This document shows positions 40,365-48,489 of a DNA stretch of 64,000 bases, piece after piece. Under the pieces are notes generated by a model. It was not told the DNA's origin. It worked only from the letters and a program-made list of their open reading frames with translations, and did not search any database. Every line of letters begins with the position of its first letter. The stretch's first letter is position 1. The stretch is from an uncultured Vicinamibacteraceae bacterium (GTDB lineage: Bacteria > Acidobacteriota > Vicinamibacteria > Vicinamibacterales > JAFNAJ01), in contig CAYLZN010000001.1 in assembly GCA_964387935.1 (NCBI GenBank), forward strand, positions 18,976 to 82,975, written 5' to 3'. Made by a program: the position numbers and the translations under genes.

Positions 40365-40754
40365 ATGAACGCCACCATCGGGGACCAGGAACTCGCCCTG
40401 CTCCAGTTCATCGCCGCGGCCCCGGGCCGCACGGTCGGCGAAGCGGCCGAGGGCTTCGGCGCCCCCAGGGGCCTCGCGCGATCCACCGTCCTCACGATGA
40501 TGGAGCGCCTCCGTCGCAAGGGACATCTCTCGCGGCGGCTCGTCCGCGGCACGTTCCGTTACAGCCCGCGCGTGCCCCCCGGTGAGGTCGTCCGGGGGGT
40601 GGTGCGCGACTTCGTCGAAGGCACGCTCCAGGGCGCGGTCTCGCCGGTCGTCGCCTACCTGTCCGAGGAGGCCGACGTCTCCGACGCGGAACTCGCTGAA
40701 CTCGAGGACCTCGTCTCGCGCCTCCAGGCACGACGGAAGGACCTTGCACCATGA
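40365..40754 (+). CDS. BlaI/MecI/CopY-family transcriptional repressor
   Basis: 129 aa. Winged helix ELALLQFIAAAPGRTVGEAAEGF..ARSTVLTMMERLRRKGHLSR. Overlaps the downstream gene by 4 nt. Confidence 0.8.
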   Translation: MNATIGDQELALLQFIAAAPGRTVGEAAEGFGAPRGLARSTVLTMMERLRRKGHLSRRLVRGTFRYSPRVPPGEVVRGVVRDFVEGTLQGAVSPVVAYLSEEADVSDAELAELEDLVSRLQARRKDLAP

Positions 40755-42676
40755 CCCTGGACCTTGCGCTTCCCTGGGCGAGCGCCCTCTCGACGGCCCT
40801 CGTGCGGGCCTCCTTCGAGGGCGGAGCGATGGCGGCCGTCGCCTGGGTCGTCCTTCGGCTGCGCCCAGCCTGGCCGGCGTCGGTCCGCTGCACCCTGTGG
40901 TGGCTGGTGTGCGCGCGATTCCTCGTGAGCCTGGCCTGGCCCGCACCGATCCTCATTCCCCTCGTGCCGGAGACCTGGCCATCCCGGGCGTGGCTGCCGG
41001 CGGCCGCCACGCCGGCGGTCCCAGCCACCGCGCCGCACGCCACGACGTCGAGCACATCGCCGGACGCCTCGCCTCACCGAGACACCCGCGGGCCCCGTGA
41101 GTCGACCGCGTCTCCCACCCGGATGGCAGCGCTCGGCGATGCCGCCCGCTGGTGGCCAGTCCCAGTCGTGTTGTTGTGGTTCGCCGGCGTGAGCGCCAGC
41201 GTGTGGTCGCTCGCGAGGCTGCTGCAACGCGAACAGCGGCTCCTGGCGCACGCGATCCCGGCGAGTCCCGTGACGCAGCGCCACCTCTTCGAGCTGGTCC
41301 ACCGACTCGCTCTCGCGCGTGCGCCTCAGGTGCTCGCGTCGAGCGACATCACGAGCCCCTGCGTCGTCGCTGGCCGTCGCCCGCGGATCCTCCTGCCTCG
41401 CGCCTTCGACGACGCGCCCGCGCCCACGGTGCGGCTCGCGCTCTGCCATGAACTCGTGCACCTGAAGCGTCACGACCTGGCCTGGGCGCTGGTCCCTGCG
41501 CTCGCCGAGCGCCTGCTGTTCTTTCATCCCCTGGCCCGGTTCGCGGCCCGCGAGTATGCCCTCGCGCGCGAAGCCGCCTGCGATGCCGCCGTTCTCGACG
41601 TGCTTCGCGCTCCCGTGGCCGACTACGCGCGTCTCATTCTCGCCTGTGCGCTTCCGGGGCGGCAGGCGTCGCTCGGCATGGGCGGCGTCTCGGCCCCGGC
41701 GGCGATGTTGAAGAGGAGACTGATCATGCTGCACGACACCTTGCACCAGACCTGCAGGCGACCGTCGCCGTGGACCGTCAGCCTGCTCGGCGTCCTCGCG
41801 CTCGCCCCATTCCAGGTCGGGGCCGTGCGCCCTGCGCGCGAGGCAACACCTGCGATCACGACGTCCGCTGCGATGCAGGCGACTCCCGCTGCCCCCGAAG
41901 CGCCTGCCGTGCCTGCCGCGCCCCCGGCGCCCCCGGCCTCCGCCGCCCGCGCAGGCGCGACGACGCAGCCACCTCCGCCGCCACCCCCGCCGCCGGCTCC
42001 ACCAGCGCCTCCGGCCCCACCTCCGCCGCCGCCCGATCAGGGCTCGTATGTTGCGGAGGCGTTCGCGCGTGCCGCAGACGCCTGGGTATTGCTCAGGGGC
42101 GACCACGACGAAGGCATCCACTACGGGTCGCGAAGCGACCGCCGCAAGGCCTCCAGCCACCGGCGCGGAGCCGACCCGCTCTTCTGGTTCCGGCGAGGCG
42201 ACCGGGAATTCGTCATTCGCGATCGAACCACGCTCGAGGCCATCGAGCGGCTGTTCGAACCGCAGCGTGAACTCGGGCAGCGCATGGGCGAACTCGGGAC
42301 CAGGCAGGGCGAGCTGGGTGCCGCGCAGGGACAGCTCGGGGCGAAGCAGGGCGAGATGGGCGCCATGCAGGCCGCGCTCGCCGCGAAACAAATGGCGATG
42401 TCCGCTCAGGAGATGCGGAATCCCGCACGCGACGCCGCGGAAGCCGCGCTCCGCGCGGAGCGCGCGAAGATGGATCAGCAACTGCGGGAGCTGGGGGCCA
42501 GCCAGCGCGAGCTGGGTCGCGAGCAGGCCGCTCTTGGTGAACGGCAGCGGGAGCTGGCGCGACAGCAGGAAGTCCTGGCGCGCACGATGCGGGAGCTGAC
42601 GGCCACCGCCGCCGACGGGCTCCAGTCGCTGCTGGATCAGTCGATGGCCAGCGGGCGCGCCGAGCGCGTCAAGTAG
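40751..42676 (+). CDS. BlaR1-like M56 metallopeptidase signal transducer with poly-Pro linker and coiled-coil-like C-terminal domain
   Basis: TM segments. LALCHELVHLKRHD (HExxH). PPPPPPPPPAPPAPPAPPPPPP. C-terminal GELG..Q heptad-like repeats (QRELGQRMGELGTRQGELGAAQGQLGAKQGEMGAMQ). Confidence 0.8.
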   Translation: MTLDLALPWASALSTALVRASFEGGAMAAVAWVVLRLRPAWPASVRCTLWWLVCARFLVSLAWPAPILIPLVPETWPSRAWLPAAATPAVPATAPHATTSSTSPDASPHRDTRGPRESTASPTRMAALGDAARWWPVPVVLLWFAGVSASVWSLARLLQREQRLLAHAIPASPVTQRHLFELVHRLALARAPQVLASSDITSPCVVAGRRPRILLPRAFDDAPAPTVRLALCHELVHLKRHDLAWALVPALAERLLFFHPLARFAAREYALAREAACDAAVLDVLRAPVADYARLILACALPGRQASLGMGGVSAPAAMLKRRLIMLHDTLHQTCRRPSPWTVSLLGVLALAPFQVGAVRPAREATPAITTSAAMQATPAAPEAPAVPAAPPAPPASAARAGATTQPPPPPPPPPAPPAPPAPPPPPPDQGSYVAEAFARAADAWVLLRGDHDEGIHYGSRSDRRKASSHRRGADPLFWFRRGDREFVIRDRTTLEAIERLFEPQRELGQRMGELGTRQGELGAAQGQLGAKQGEMGAMQAALAAKQMAMSAQEMRNPARDAAEAALRAERAKMDQQLRELGASQRELGREQAALGERQRELARQQEVLARTMRELTATAADGLQSLLDQSMASGRAERVK

Positions 42677-42686
42677 ATGGGGATCC

Positions 42687-43628
42687 CTACAGCGGCCGCC
42701 CGTAGTGCTCCGAGAAGAAGTTCCCCAGTGCGACCGCCAGCGCGGCGGCGAAGGCCTGTCGGCTCGCATCCGTGTCCCTGACGCCCGCGAGATGCGCTTC
42801 GATCTGTACCCCGGCCACGCCGCCAGACGAGTGCCGCTCCGTGCTGTAGCCGCCCTCGAAGTACGGGTCGCTGCCGGGCGACGGTGTAGATGGGCTCGGC
42901 ACCGCTGCGACGCCGCGCTCCTCGAACCACGCCCCCAGGCTGACCGGCCCGCGCAGCATGCGCGCGAAGCCTCCGGCGGGGGTCGCGATCTCCCGCAGAC
43001 TGCTGCGCGCCTGGTGGCCGCTGTCGAGACGTGAGTTCGGCAGGTCGAGATCATCCGCCGACAGCAGGTAGCCCAGCTCGAGTCGTGCCTTCTCGTGGCC
43101 GTGGCCGTGCAGGTCGATGTAGAACGCGACCCCGCTGCGGGCGAGGGCGAGCCGCGTGGCCTGATCGATGAAATCGTGGTACTCGCGCCACGCCTGCTCC
43201 GCCTGGACGTTCCCCTGCGCCGCATCGCCGATGTCCCGGTTCGCGTCCAGCTTGGAGCGGCGAAGATGACAGATCACCGCGTGAGGCGTGCGTCCGGTCC
43301 GCACCTGCAGGGCCTGCGAGACGGCCCGCGTGAGCTCGATCGTGTTCAGGTCGGTCGTCGACGTCCCCGAGCGGTTCGGGATGTCGGCCGGCGCCAGCGC
43401 ACCGCCATGCGGCGCGCTGACCACCACCGGCAGGTCGCCTGGCACGTACTCGATGTAGTTGCTGCGGCCGAAGATCGGAACGCCAGGCACCACCGACGTG
43501 ACAGGCTGCCCGGTGGACGGCGTCGCCAGGCTCGGGGCCGTCGGCGTCGATCTCCCGCCTCCGCAGGCCACCGCCACAGCCAGGCCGGCGGCAACCGCAG
43601 CACGACGGATCACCACAGCGACCGGCAC
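42687..43628 (-). CDS. N-formylglutamate amidohydrolase-family lipoprotein
   Basis: Lipobox LAVAVAC. VVSAPHGG, TDLNT, RRSKLDANRD, YIDLHGHGHE. GTG start. Confidence 0.7.
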   Translation of the reverse strand: MPVAVVIRRAAVAAGLAVAVACGGGRSTPTAPSLATPSTGQPVTSVVPGVPIFGRSNYIEYVPGDLPVVVSAPHGGALAPADIPNRSGTSTTDLNTIELTRAVSQALQVRTGRTPHAVICHLRRSKLDANRDIGDAAQGNVQAEQAWREYHDFIDQATRLALARSGVAFYIDLHGHGHEKARLELGYLLSADDLDLPNSRLDSGHQARSSLREIATPAGGFARMLRGPVSLGAWFEERGVAAVPSPSTPSPGSDPYFEGGYSTERHSSGGVAGVQIEAHLAGVRDTDASRQAFAAALAVALGNFFSEHYGRPL

Positions 43629-43654
43629 GGGCGGGATTCTGACATACTCCCCGC

Positions 43655-44749
43655 ATGGCGCACCTGTTCGAACCCTTGTCGGTGAGAGGCCTCACGCTGC
43701 GCAACCGGATCGTGGTCTCGCCGATGTGCCAGTACTCGGCCGCCGACGGGCTGCCGAACGACTGGCACTTCGTGCACCTCGGGTCGCGCGCCATCGGCGG
43801 TGCAGGTCTCGTGCTGACGGAGGCCACGGCCGTCGTCCCCGAAGGCCGCATCAGCCCTGATGACCTCGGCATCTGGATCGACGCGCAGGCCGCCGCGTTC
43901 GAACGCATCACGCGCTTCGTCCGGGAACAGGGGGCCGTGCCCGGCATTCAGCTCGCGCACGCCGGCCGCAAGGCCGGCACGTGGCGCCCGTGGGCAGGCC
44001 AGGGATCGGTGCCCCGGGCTCAGGGGGGATGGGAATCCGTGGCCCCCAGCGCCGTGCCGTTCGCCCCCGGGTACGACAGGCCCCGTGCGCTCGCGGCCGA
44101 CGAGATCCCGCAGATCGTCGCCGCGTTTCGCGAAGCCGCGCGTCGCGCGCGCAGCGCGGGCTTCGACGTCGCCGAGGTCCACGCCGCACACGGCTACCTC
44201 CTGCACCAGTTCCTCTCCCCTCTCTCGAACGTGCGCACCGACAAGTACGGCGGCTCGTTCGAGAACCGGTGTCGGCTGCTGCTGGAGGTGGTGCAGGCGG
44301 TCCGCATGGAGTGGCCCGACTCACTGCCCGTGTGGGTGCGGCTCTCGGTGACCGATTGGGTGAACGGGGGCTGGGATCTCAACCAGTCCCTGGCACTCGC
44401 CGGTCACCTGCTCGGGCTTGGCGTGGACGTGATCGACTGCTCGTCTGGAGGCGCGGTCGCCGATGCGAAGATCCCGCTGGGCCCTGGATATCAGGCGGCG
44501 TTTGCGGCGGAGATCCGGCGGGTCACTGGAATCCGGACCGGCGCCGTCGGGCTGATCACGTCGCCGCCGCAGGCCGATCACATCATCCGGTCCGGGCAGG
44601 CGGATTGCGTGCTGCTCGCCCGCGAACTGCTGCGCGACCCCTACTGGCCGCTGCGCGCCGCGGCGGCACTCGGCCGCGAACTCGAGTGGCCAGCGCAGTA
44701 CCTGCGTGCGGCGCCCGTGGGCTCGAAGCCCCGGCCGGCGGCGCGCTGA
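43655..44749 (+). CDS. namA: NADPH dehydrogenase / Old Yellow Enzyme (YqjM/NamA-type ene-reductase)
   Basis: LRNRIVVSPMCQYSA..DWHFVHLGSRAIGGAGLVLTEATAV, HAAHGYLLHQFLSPLSN, RELLRDPYW. Confidence 0.85.
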   Translation: MAHLFEPLSVRGLTLRNRIVVSPMCQYSAADGLPNDWHFVHLGSRAIGGAGLVLTEATAVVPEGRISPDDLGIWIDAQAAAFERITRFVREQGAVPGIQLAHAGRKAGTWRPWAGQGSVPRAQGGWESVAPSAVPFAPGYDRPRALAADEIPQIVAAFREAARRARSAGFDVAEVHAAHGYLLHQFLSPLSNVRTDKYGGSFENRCRLLLEVVQAVRMEWPDSLPVWVRLSVTDWVNGGWDLNQSLALAGHLLGLGVDVIDCSSGGAVADAKIPLGPGYQAAFAAEIRRVTGIRTGAVGLITSPPQADHIIRSGQADCVLLARELLRDPYWPLRAAAALGRELEWPAQYLRAAPVGSKPRPAAR

Positions 44750-44788
44750 ACCTGTGGCTCGACCGCCCCGACCTCGAAGGAGGATTCC

Positions 44789-46153
44789 ATGACCCGGACG
44801 ATCCTGCTCCCCCTGCTGCTCTGCGCCACGGCGGTCGCACCGGCGCCCGCGCAGACGCTCCCCCCCGTCCCCGTACCCGTCACGGCGATCCGGGCGGGAC
44901 GTCTCCTCGATCCTGAGACGGGCGTGACGTCGCGCAACCAGGTCATTCTCGTCGAGGGCGAGCGGATCAAGGCCGTCGGGCCGGACGTGCCCATTCCCGC
45001 CGGGGCCGCCGTCATCGACCTCTCGACGCTCACCGTGCTCCCGGGACTCGTCGATGCGCACACGCACATGGCGATGACCTACAAGGAGCAGCCGGAGAAC
45101 AACTACTACTACCTCACGTACGTCATGGAGTCGACGCCGCTCAGGGCCATCCAGGCGGCGTCGAACGGCATCCAGTTGCTCAACTCGGGCTTCACCGTCG
45201 TGCGCGACGTCGGCAACAACGCGCTCTACGCAGACGCGGCGCTGCGCCAGGCCATCGAACAGGGCTGGCTCCCCGGCCCCACCGTGATCCCCTCCGGGCC
45301 GATGATCGGCAGCACGGGCGGCCAGTTCTGGCCCACGCCCGAGATGTACAAGCAGCACCAGATCATGTTCCCGGAGTACATCGACGCAAACAGCCCGGAC
45401 GAGATCGTGCGGGCCGTGCGCGAGAACATGCTGTTCGGCGCCCGCACGATCAAGCTGTGCATCGATTGCAAACCCTGGGGCTACTCGGTGGACGACATCC
45501 GGCTGGTCATCCGCGAGGCGGCCACCGGCGGCTGCAAGGTCGAGGGCCACGTCCAGACGCCTGCCGGCGCACAACGCGCCATCGACGCCGGCATCCACAT
45601 CATCGGCCACGGCCAGGCGCTCACCGCGGAGCACCATCGCCAGATGGCCGAGAAGGGCATCTTCCTGGCCGGCACGGATACGCCGTTCACCGTGTACCGA
45701 GGCAGCGAAGAGGCGTTCCAGCGCGCCGTCGGCAAGCTGCGCAGCGCATGGGAAGCGAAGGTGCCCCTCACCTTCTCCACCGATTTCGACTACTGGAACG
45801 ACCGGATGCGCGACGAAAAGTCCGGTCGCTGGCTCACCCGCGGCGAACTCACGATCGACTTCCTGCGAACGTGGAAGGCGGCCGGGATCCCGCCGGCCGA
45901 TCTGCTTCGCGCGATCACGATCAACGGCTACCGGGCCGCGGACGTGATTGCGGAACGGGGCCCGATCAAGCCCGGCTACTTCGCGGATCTCATTGCCGTG
46001 CGGGGCGATCCGCTGGCGGACCTCGACGCGCTGCGTGCGGTCGTCTTCGTCATGAAGAACGGCCAGGTGTTCAAACGGGACGGGGTGATGACGCCCGGGG
46101 ACTTCTTCCATCCCGGTCCCGTCCGTCTGCCGAACGGGCGCTGGACGCGTTGA
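44789..46153 (+). CDS. Amidohydrolase-family metallo-hydrolase, secreted
   Basis: AAGGAGG SD and a signal peptide. VLPGLVDAHTHM (intact HxH). C-terminal YFADLIAVRGDPLADLDALRAVVFVMKNG. Confidence 0.8.
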   Translation: MTRTILLPLLLCATAVAPAPAQTLPPVPVPVTAIRAGRLLDPETGVTSRNQVILVEGERIKAVGPDVPIPAGAAVIDLSTLTVLPGLVDAHTHMAMTYKEQPENNYYYLTYVMESTPLRAIQAASNGIQLLNSGFTVVRDVGNNALYADAALRQAIEQGWLPGPTVIPSGPMIGSTGGQFWPTPEMYKQHQIMFPEYIDANSPDEIVRAVRENMLFGARTIKLCIDCKPWGYSVDDIRLVIREAATGGCKVEGHVQTPAGAQRAIDAGIHIIGHGQALTAEHHRQMAEKGIFLAGTDTPFTVYRGSEEAFQRAVGKLRSAWEAKVPLTFSTDFDYWNDRMRDEKSGRWLTRGELTIDFLRTWKAAGIPPADLLRAITINGYRAADVIAERGPIKPGYFADLIAVRGDPLADLDALRAVVFVMKNGQVFKRDGVMTPGDFFHPGPVRLPNGRWTR

Positions 46154-46212
46154 CGCAGGCTGCCCGCCGGGACGCACACCGTGCGACAATAGGGGCTGGC
46201 GCGGAGAACCCC

Positions 46213-46575
46213 ATGGAACTGCGTCCTCACCCCACCAACCCGGACATCCTGGTCCTGACCGCAGACTCCCGGCTCGATTCGCCGGGCTGCGACGACGTCG
46301 TGGACGGGCTGCAGGAGCACCTCGAGGCGGGCGTGCGCACGCTGATCGTCGATTGCTCTCACGTCGGCTACGTCGGCAGCATGGCCGTGTGCCGGCTGAT
46401 CCGCCTGCACAAGCGGTTCGCGCAGCGCCAGGGCCGGTTGTTCCTCGCCGGCGTGCAGGTGCCGCTCGGGCACGTCCTCGAGATCACGCACCTGGACAAG
46501 GTTTTTCGCCTCGCAGCGTCGGTGGACGAGGCCGTGCGGCTGGCCAGGCAGACGCCAGCCACGACGGGACGGTGA
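46213..46575 (+). CDS. STAS-domain protein (anti-sigma-factor antagonist-like)
   Basis: ATG 46213 (GGAGA 5 nt upstream). LIVDCSHVGYVGSMAVCRLIRLHKR..RLFLAGVQVPLGHVLEITHLDKVF. Confidence 0.7.
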   Translation: MELRPHPTNPDILVLTADSRLDSPGCDDVVDGLQEHLEAGVRTLIVDCSHVGYVGSMAVCRLIRLHKRFAQRQGRLFLAGVQVPLGHVLEITHLDKVFRLAASVDEAVRLARQTPATTGR

Positions 46576-46582
46576 GGGGACA

Positions 46583-46605
46583 CACCGGCCCTGAAAGGGC
46601 CGGTG
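46583..46605. terminator. Hairpin between convergent genes (CACCGGCCC-TGAAA-GGGCCGGTG)
   Basis: 9-bp perfect stem with a 5-nt loop, 8 nt after the STAS stop. No U-tract on either strand. Confidence 0.5.
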
Positions 46606-46638
46606 CTCCGAACCCGGGCCGGGGCTCCGAACTCCGTC

Positions 46639-47571
46639 TTACTGCGACGAGAGCTTCTTGCGCGCCACCGGGCGGGAGAACGCGTTCTGGATGCTGTGCG
46701 CGTTCGACGCCATCACCTTCTGGTAGAACTCCCGCGCCTTGACCGTGTCCCCCTTGCCCTCGTGCGCCTGCGCGATCAGGCCGAGGATGAAGGGATCCCG
46801 CTGATCGGCCTTCGCCAGCTCGGCGATCGCCGCGTCGTAGCGCTTCGCATACAGCGCGTTGTAGCCGAGCAGGTACTGATACACGGGCCGCTGCTCCTCG
46901 TTGGGCCCACCCTTGTCCACGATCCGCTTCACCTGGTTGGCGAGACGGTCGGCTTCGGCCGCGTTGCCGCGACGCGCCGCCAGGCGCGACTGGGCGTGGA
47001 GCGCGCGCAATTCCCAGAGATCGGCCTGGTCCGGCGGCAGGTCCTTGATCATCCGGGCCGTCTCGTGGCCGCGGGTGTACCAACTCGCGGCCTTGTCGAG
47101 ATCGCCGGACTCGAGATACACCCGGGCCAGCGCGTTGGCGGTCGCCGCGGCCCCGTCGAGCGCCTTGTTCTTCATCTGCAGGTCATACTGGCGCTGGTAG
47201 TACTTGGCGGCCTCGGCGGCATTGCTTTCGAAGGCGTAGGACACCGCCATCGCGGACAGCGCCTGAGGCTGCGCGCCGTCCGGAGCGAGTTCGATCGCCT
47301 TCTGCAGAAACGTCCGGGCACGCGCCAGATCGCCCTTGAGGTCGAGGGCGATGCCCGCGCCGAGGTAAGCGTCGAAGGCCTTGGGATCGAGCTTGATCGC
47401 CTTCTCGTACAGCCCGAGGGCTTCATCCTGCTTGCCATCGGCGTTGAGCTTCCGCGCGAGCTTCACCAGTTCGGCGGGATCGGCCGATGGGGTCTGGGCC
47501 AGCCCGGGAGTCGCGGTGGCGTACCCGAGCATCGTGAACGCGACGAGGCATCGACGGATGGGTGATCGCAT
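46639..47571 (-). CDS. Tetratricopeptide-repeat protein, secreted
   Basis: Signal MRSPIRRCLVAFTMLGYATATPGLAQ. Repeated TPR-like A..Y..A(L/I)..P units. Confidence 0.75.
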   Translation of the reverse strand: MRSPIRRCLVAFTMLGYATATPGLAQTPSADPAELVKLARKLNADGKQDEALGLYEKAIKLDPKAFDAYLGAGIALDLKGDLARARTFLQKAIELAPDGAQPQALSAMAVSYAFESNAAEAAKYYQRQYDLQMKNKALDGAAATANALARVYLESGDLDKAASWYTRGHETARMIKDLPPDQADLWELRALHAQSRLAARRGNAAEADRLANQVKRIVDKGGPNEEQRPVYQYLLGYNALYAKRYDAAIAELAKADQRDPFILGLIAQAHEGKGDTVKAREFYQKVMASNAHSIQNAFSRPVARKKLSSQ

Positions 47572-47578
47572 CCGCGGA

Positions 47579-48487
47579 TTATCTCACGCGCTCGGCACCA
47601 GGCAGGCCCAGCCAGGCCGCCTGCTCGATCTGCCCGCCCGCCAGGCACACCCGCGTCGCGGCGCGCCACAGCACGAAGAGCTGCTGGGCCGTCACGAGGG
47701 CCACGAACTGCCACCACGTGGGCCCCCACGCCGGCGCCGTCACCGCACGATAGCCCAGGTACGCCACGCCGAGGCCGACCATCAGGAGCAGCCAGAACCC
47801 GCACGTCGCGAGCACGTGCCGTCGGACGAACTGCAGGGCCGTCCACCATGAGGACCTCGCTCGTCGCTCGTCGCTCGCAACGAGGTGCACCCGCGCGAAG
47901 TCCAGCACGAGCGACAGCAGCAGCCACACGAGCGCGGCGCCTGCCAGCGGCCCCAGGAGCCGGGTCCACGCGCCGGTTTCCGAGAGCGAGTCCCGCAGGG
48001 GCACGGTCGCGAATCGCAGCAGTCCGTAGACCAGACCAGCCGCAATGCCAGTCACGAGGACATGCAGCAGCGACAGGCGCAGGTTGCGTGCGAAGCAGGC
48101 GCCCGCGCCGCTGAAGAACCGGTGCAGCACGCCGCGCGCGCCCGCGACATCGACCTCCCCGCGTCGCGAGGCGACCAGAACTTCGAGCACTCCCGTAGAG
48201 ACGATGAGCGAGCCCAGCGCAGCGAGCAGCAGCACGCCGCCCGTGACGACGGCGAGCGTTGGAATCAGCGACGGATCGTTCTCGGCAAGATCGGCAATCA
48301 GGGACAGATCGAATCCGTTCGCGAGCGTTCGCGCTTCGGTCGTCCGGTCCAGCGCGCCGTGCCACCATCGGACGAAGGGCAGCGCAGCGGCGAGCGCAGG
48401 CGCGAGGTTCCAGAGCCACAGCAGCACCACGAGCCGCCATTCCCGCACCGCGCCGGCAATCCCGGCAATCAGGCTCCGCCCGATCAT
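47579..48487 (-). CDS. Polytopic membrane protein, unknown function
   Basis: ATG 48487, 2 nt after the M1 peptidase stop. About 6 hydrophobic segments; 302 aa. Confidence 0.6.
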   Translation of the reverse strand: MIGRSLIAGIAGAVREWRLVVLLWLWNLAPALAAALPFVRWWHGALDRTTEARTLANGFDLSLIADLAENDPSLIPTLAVVTGGVLLLAALGSLIVSTGVLEVLVASRRGEVDVAGARGVLHRFFSGAGACFARNLRLSLLHVLVTGIAAGLVYGLLRFATVPLRDSLSETGAWTRLLGPLAGAALVWLLLSLVLDFARVHLVASDERRARSSWWTALQFVRRHVLATCGFWLLLMVGLGVAYLGYRAVTAPAWGPTWWQFVALVTAQQLFVLWRAATRVCLAGGQIEQAAWLGLPGAERVR

Positions 48488-48489
48488 GA

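Noticed and set aside
38613-43225. Minus-strand ORFs 38613..39863 (416 aa) and 40655..43225 (856 aa)
   Set aside because: They are antisense to the ATPase and BlaI/BlaR1-like genes, have no motifs, and show extreme Arg/His/Gly content.
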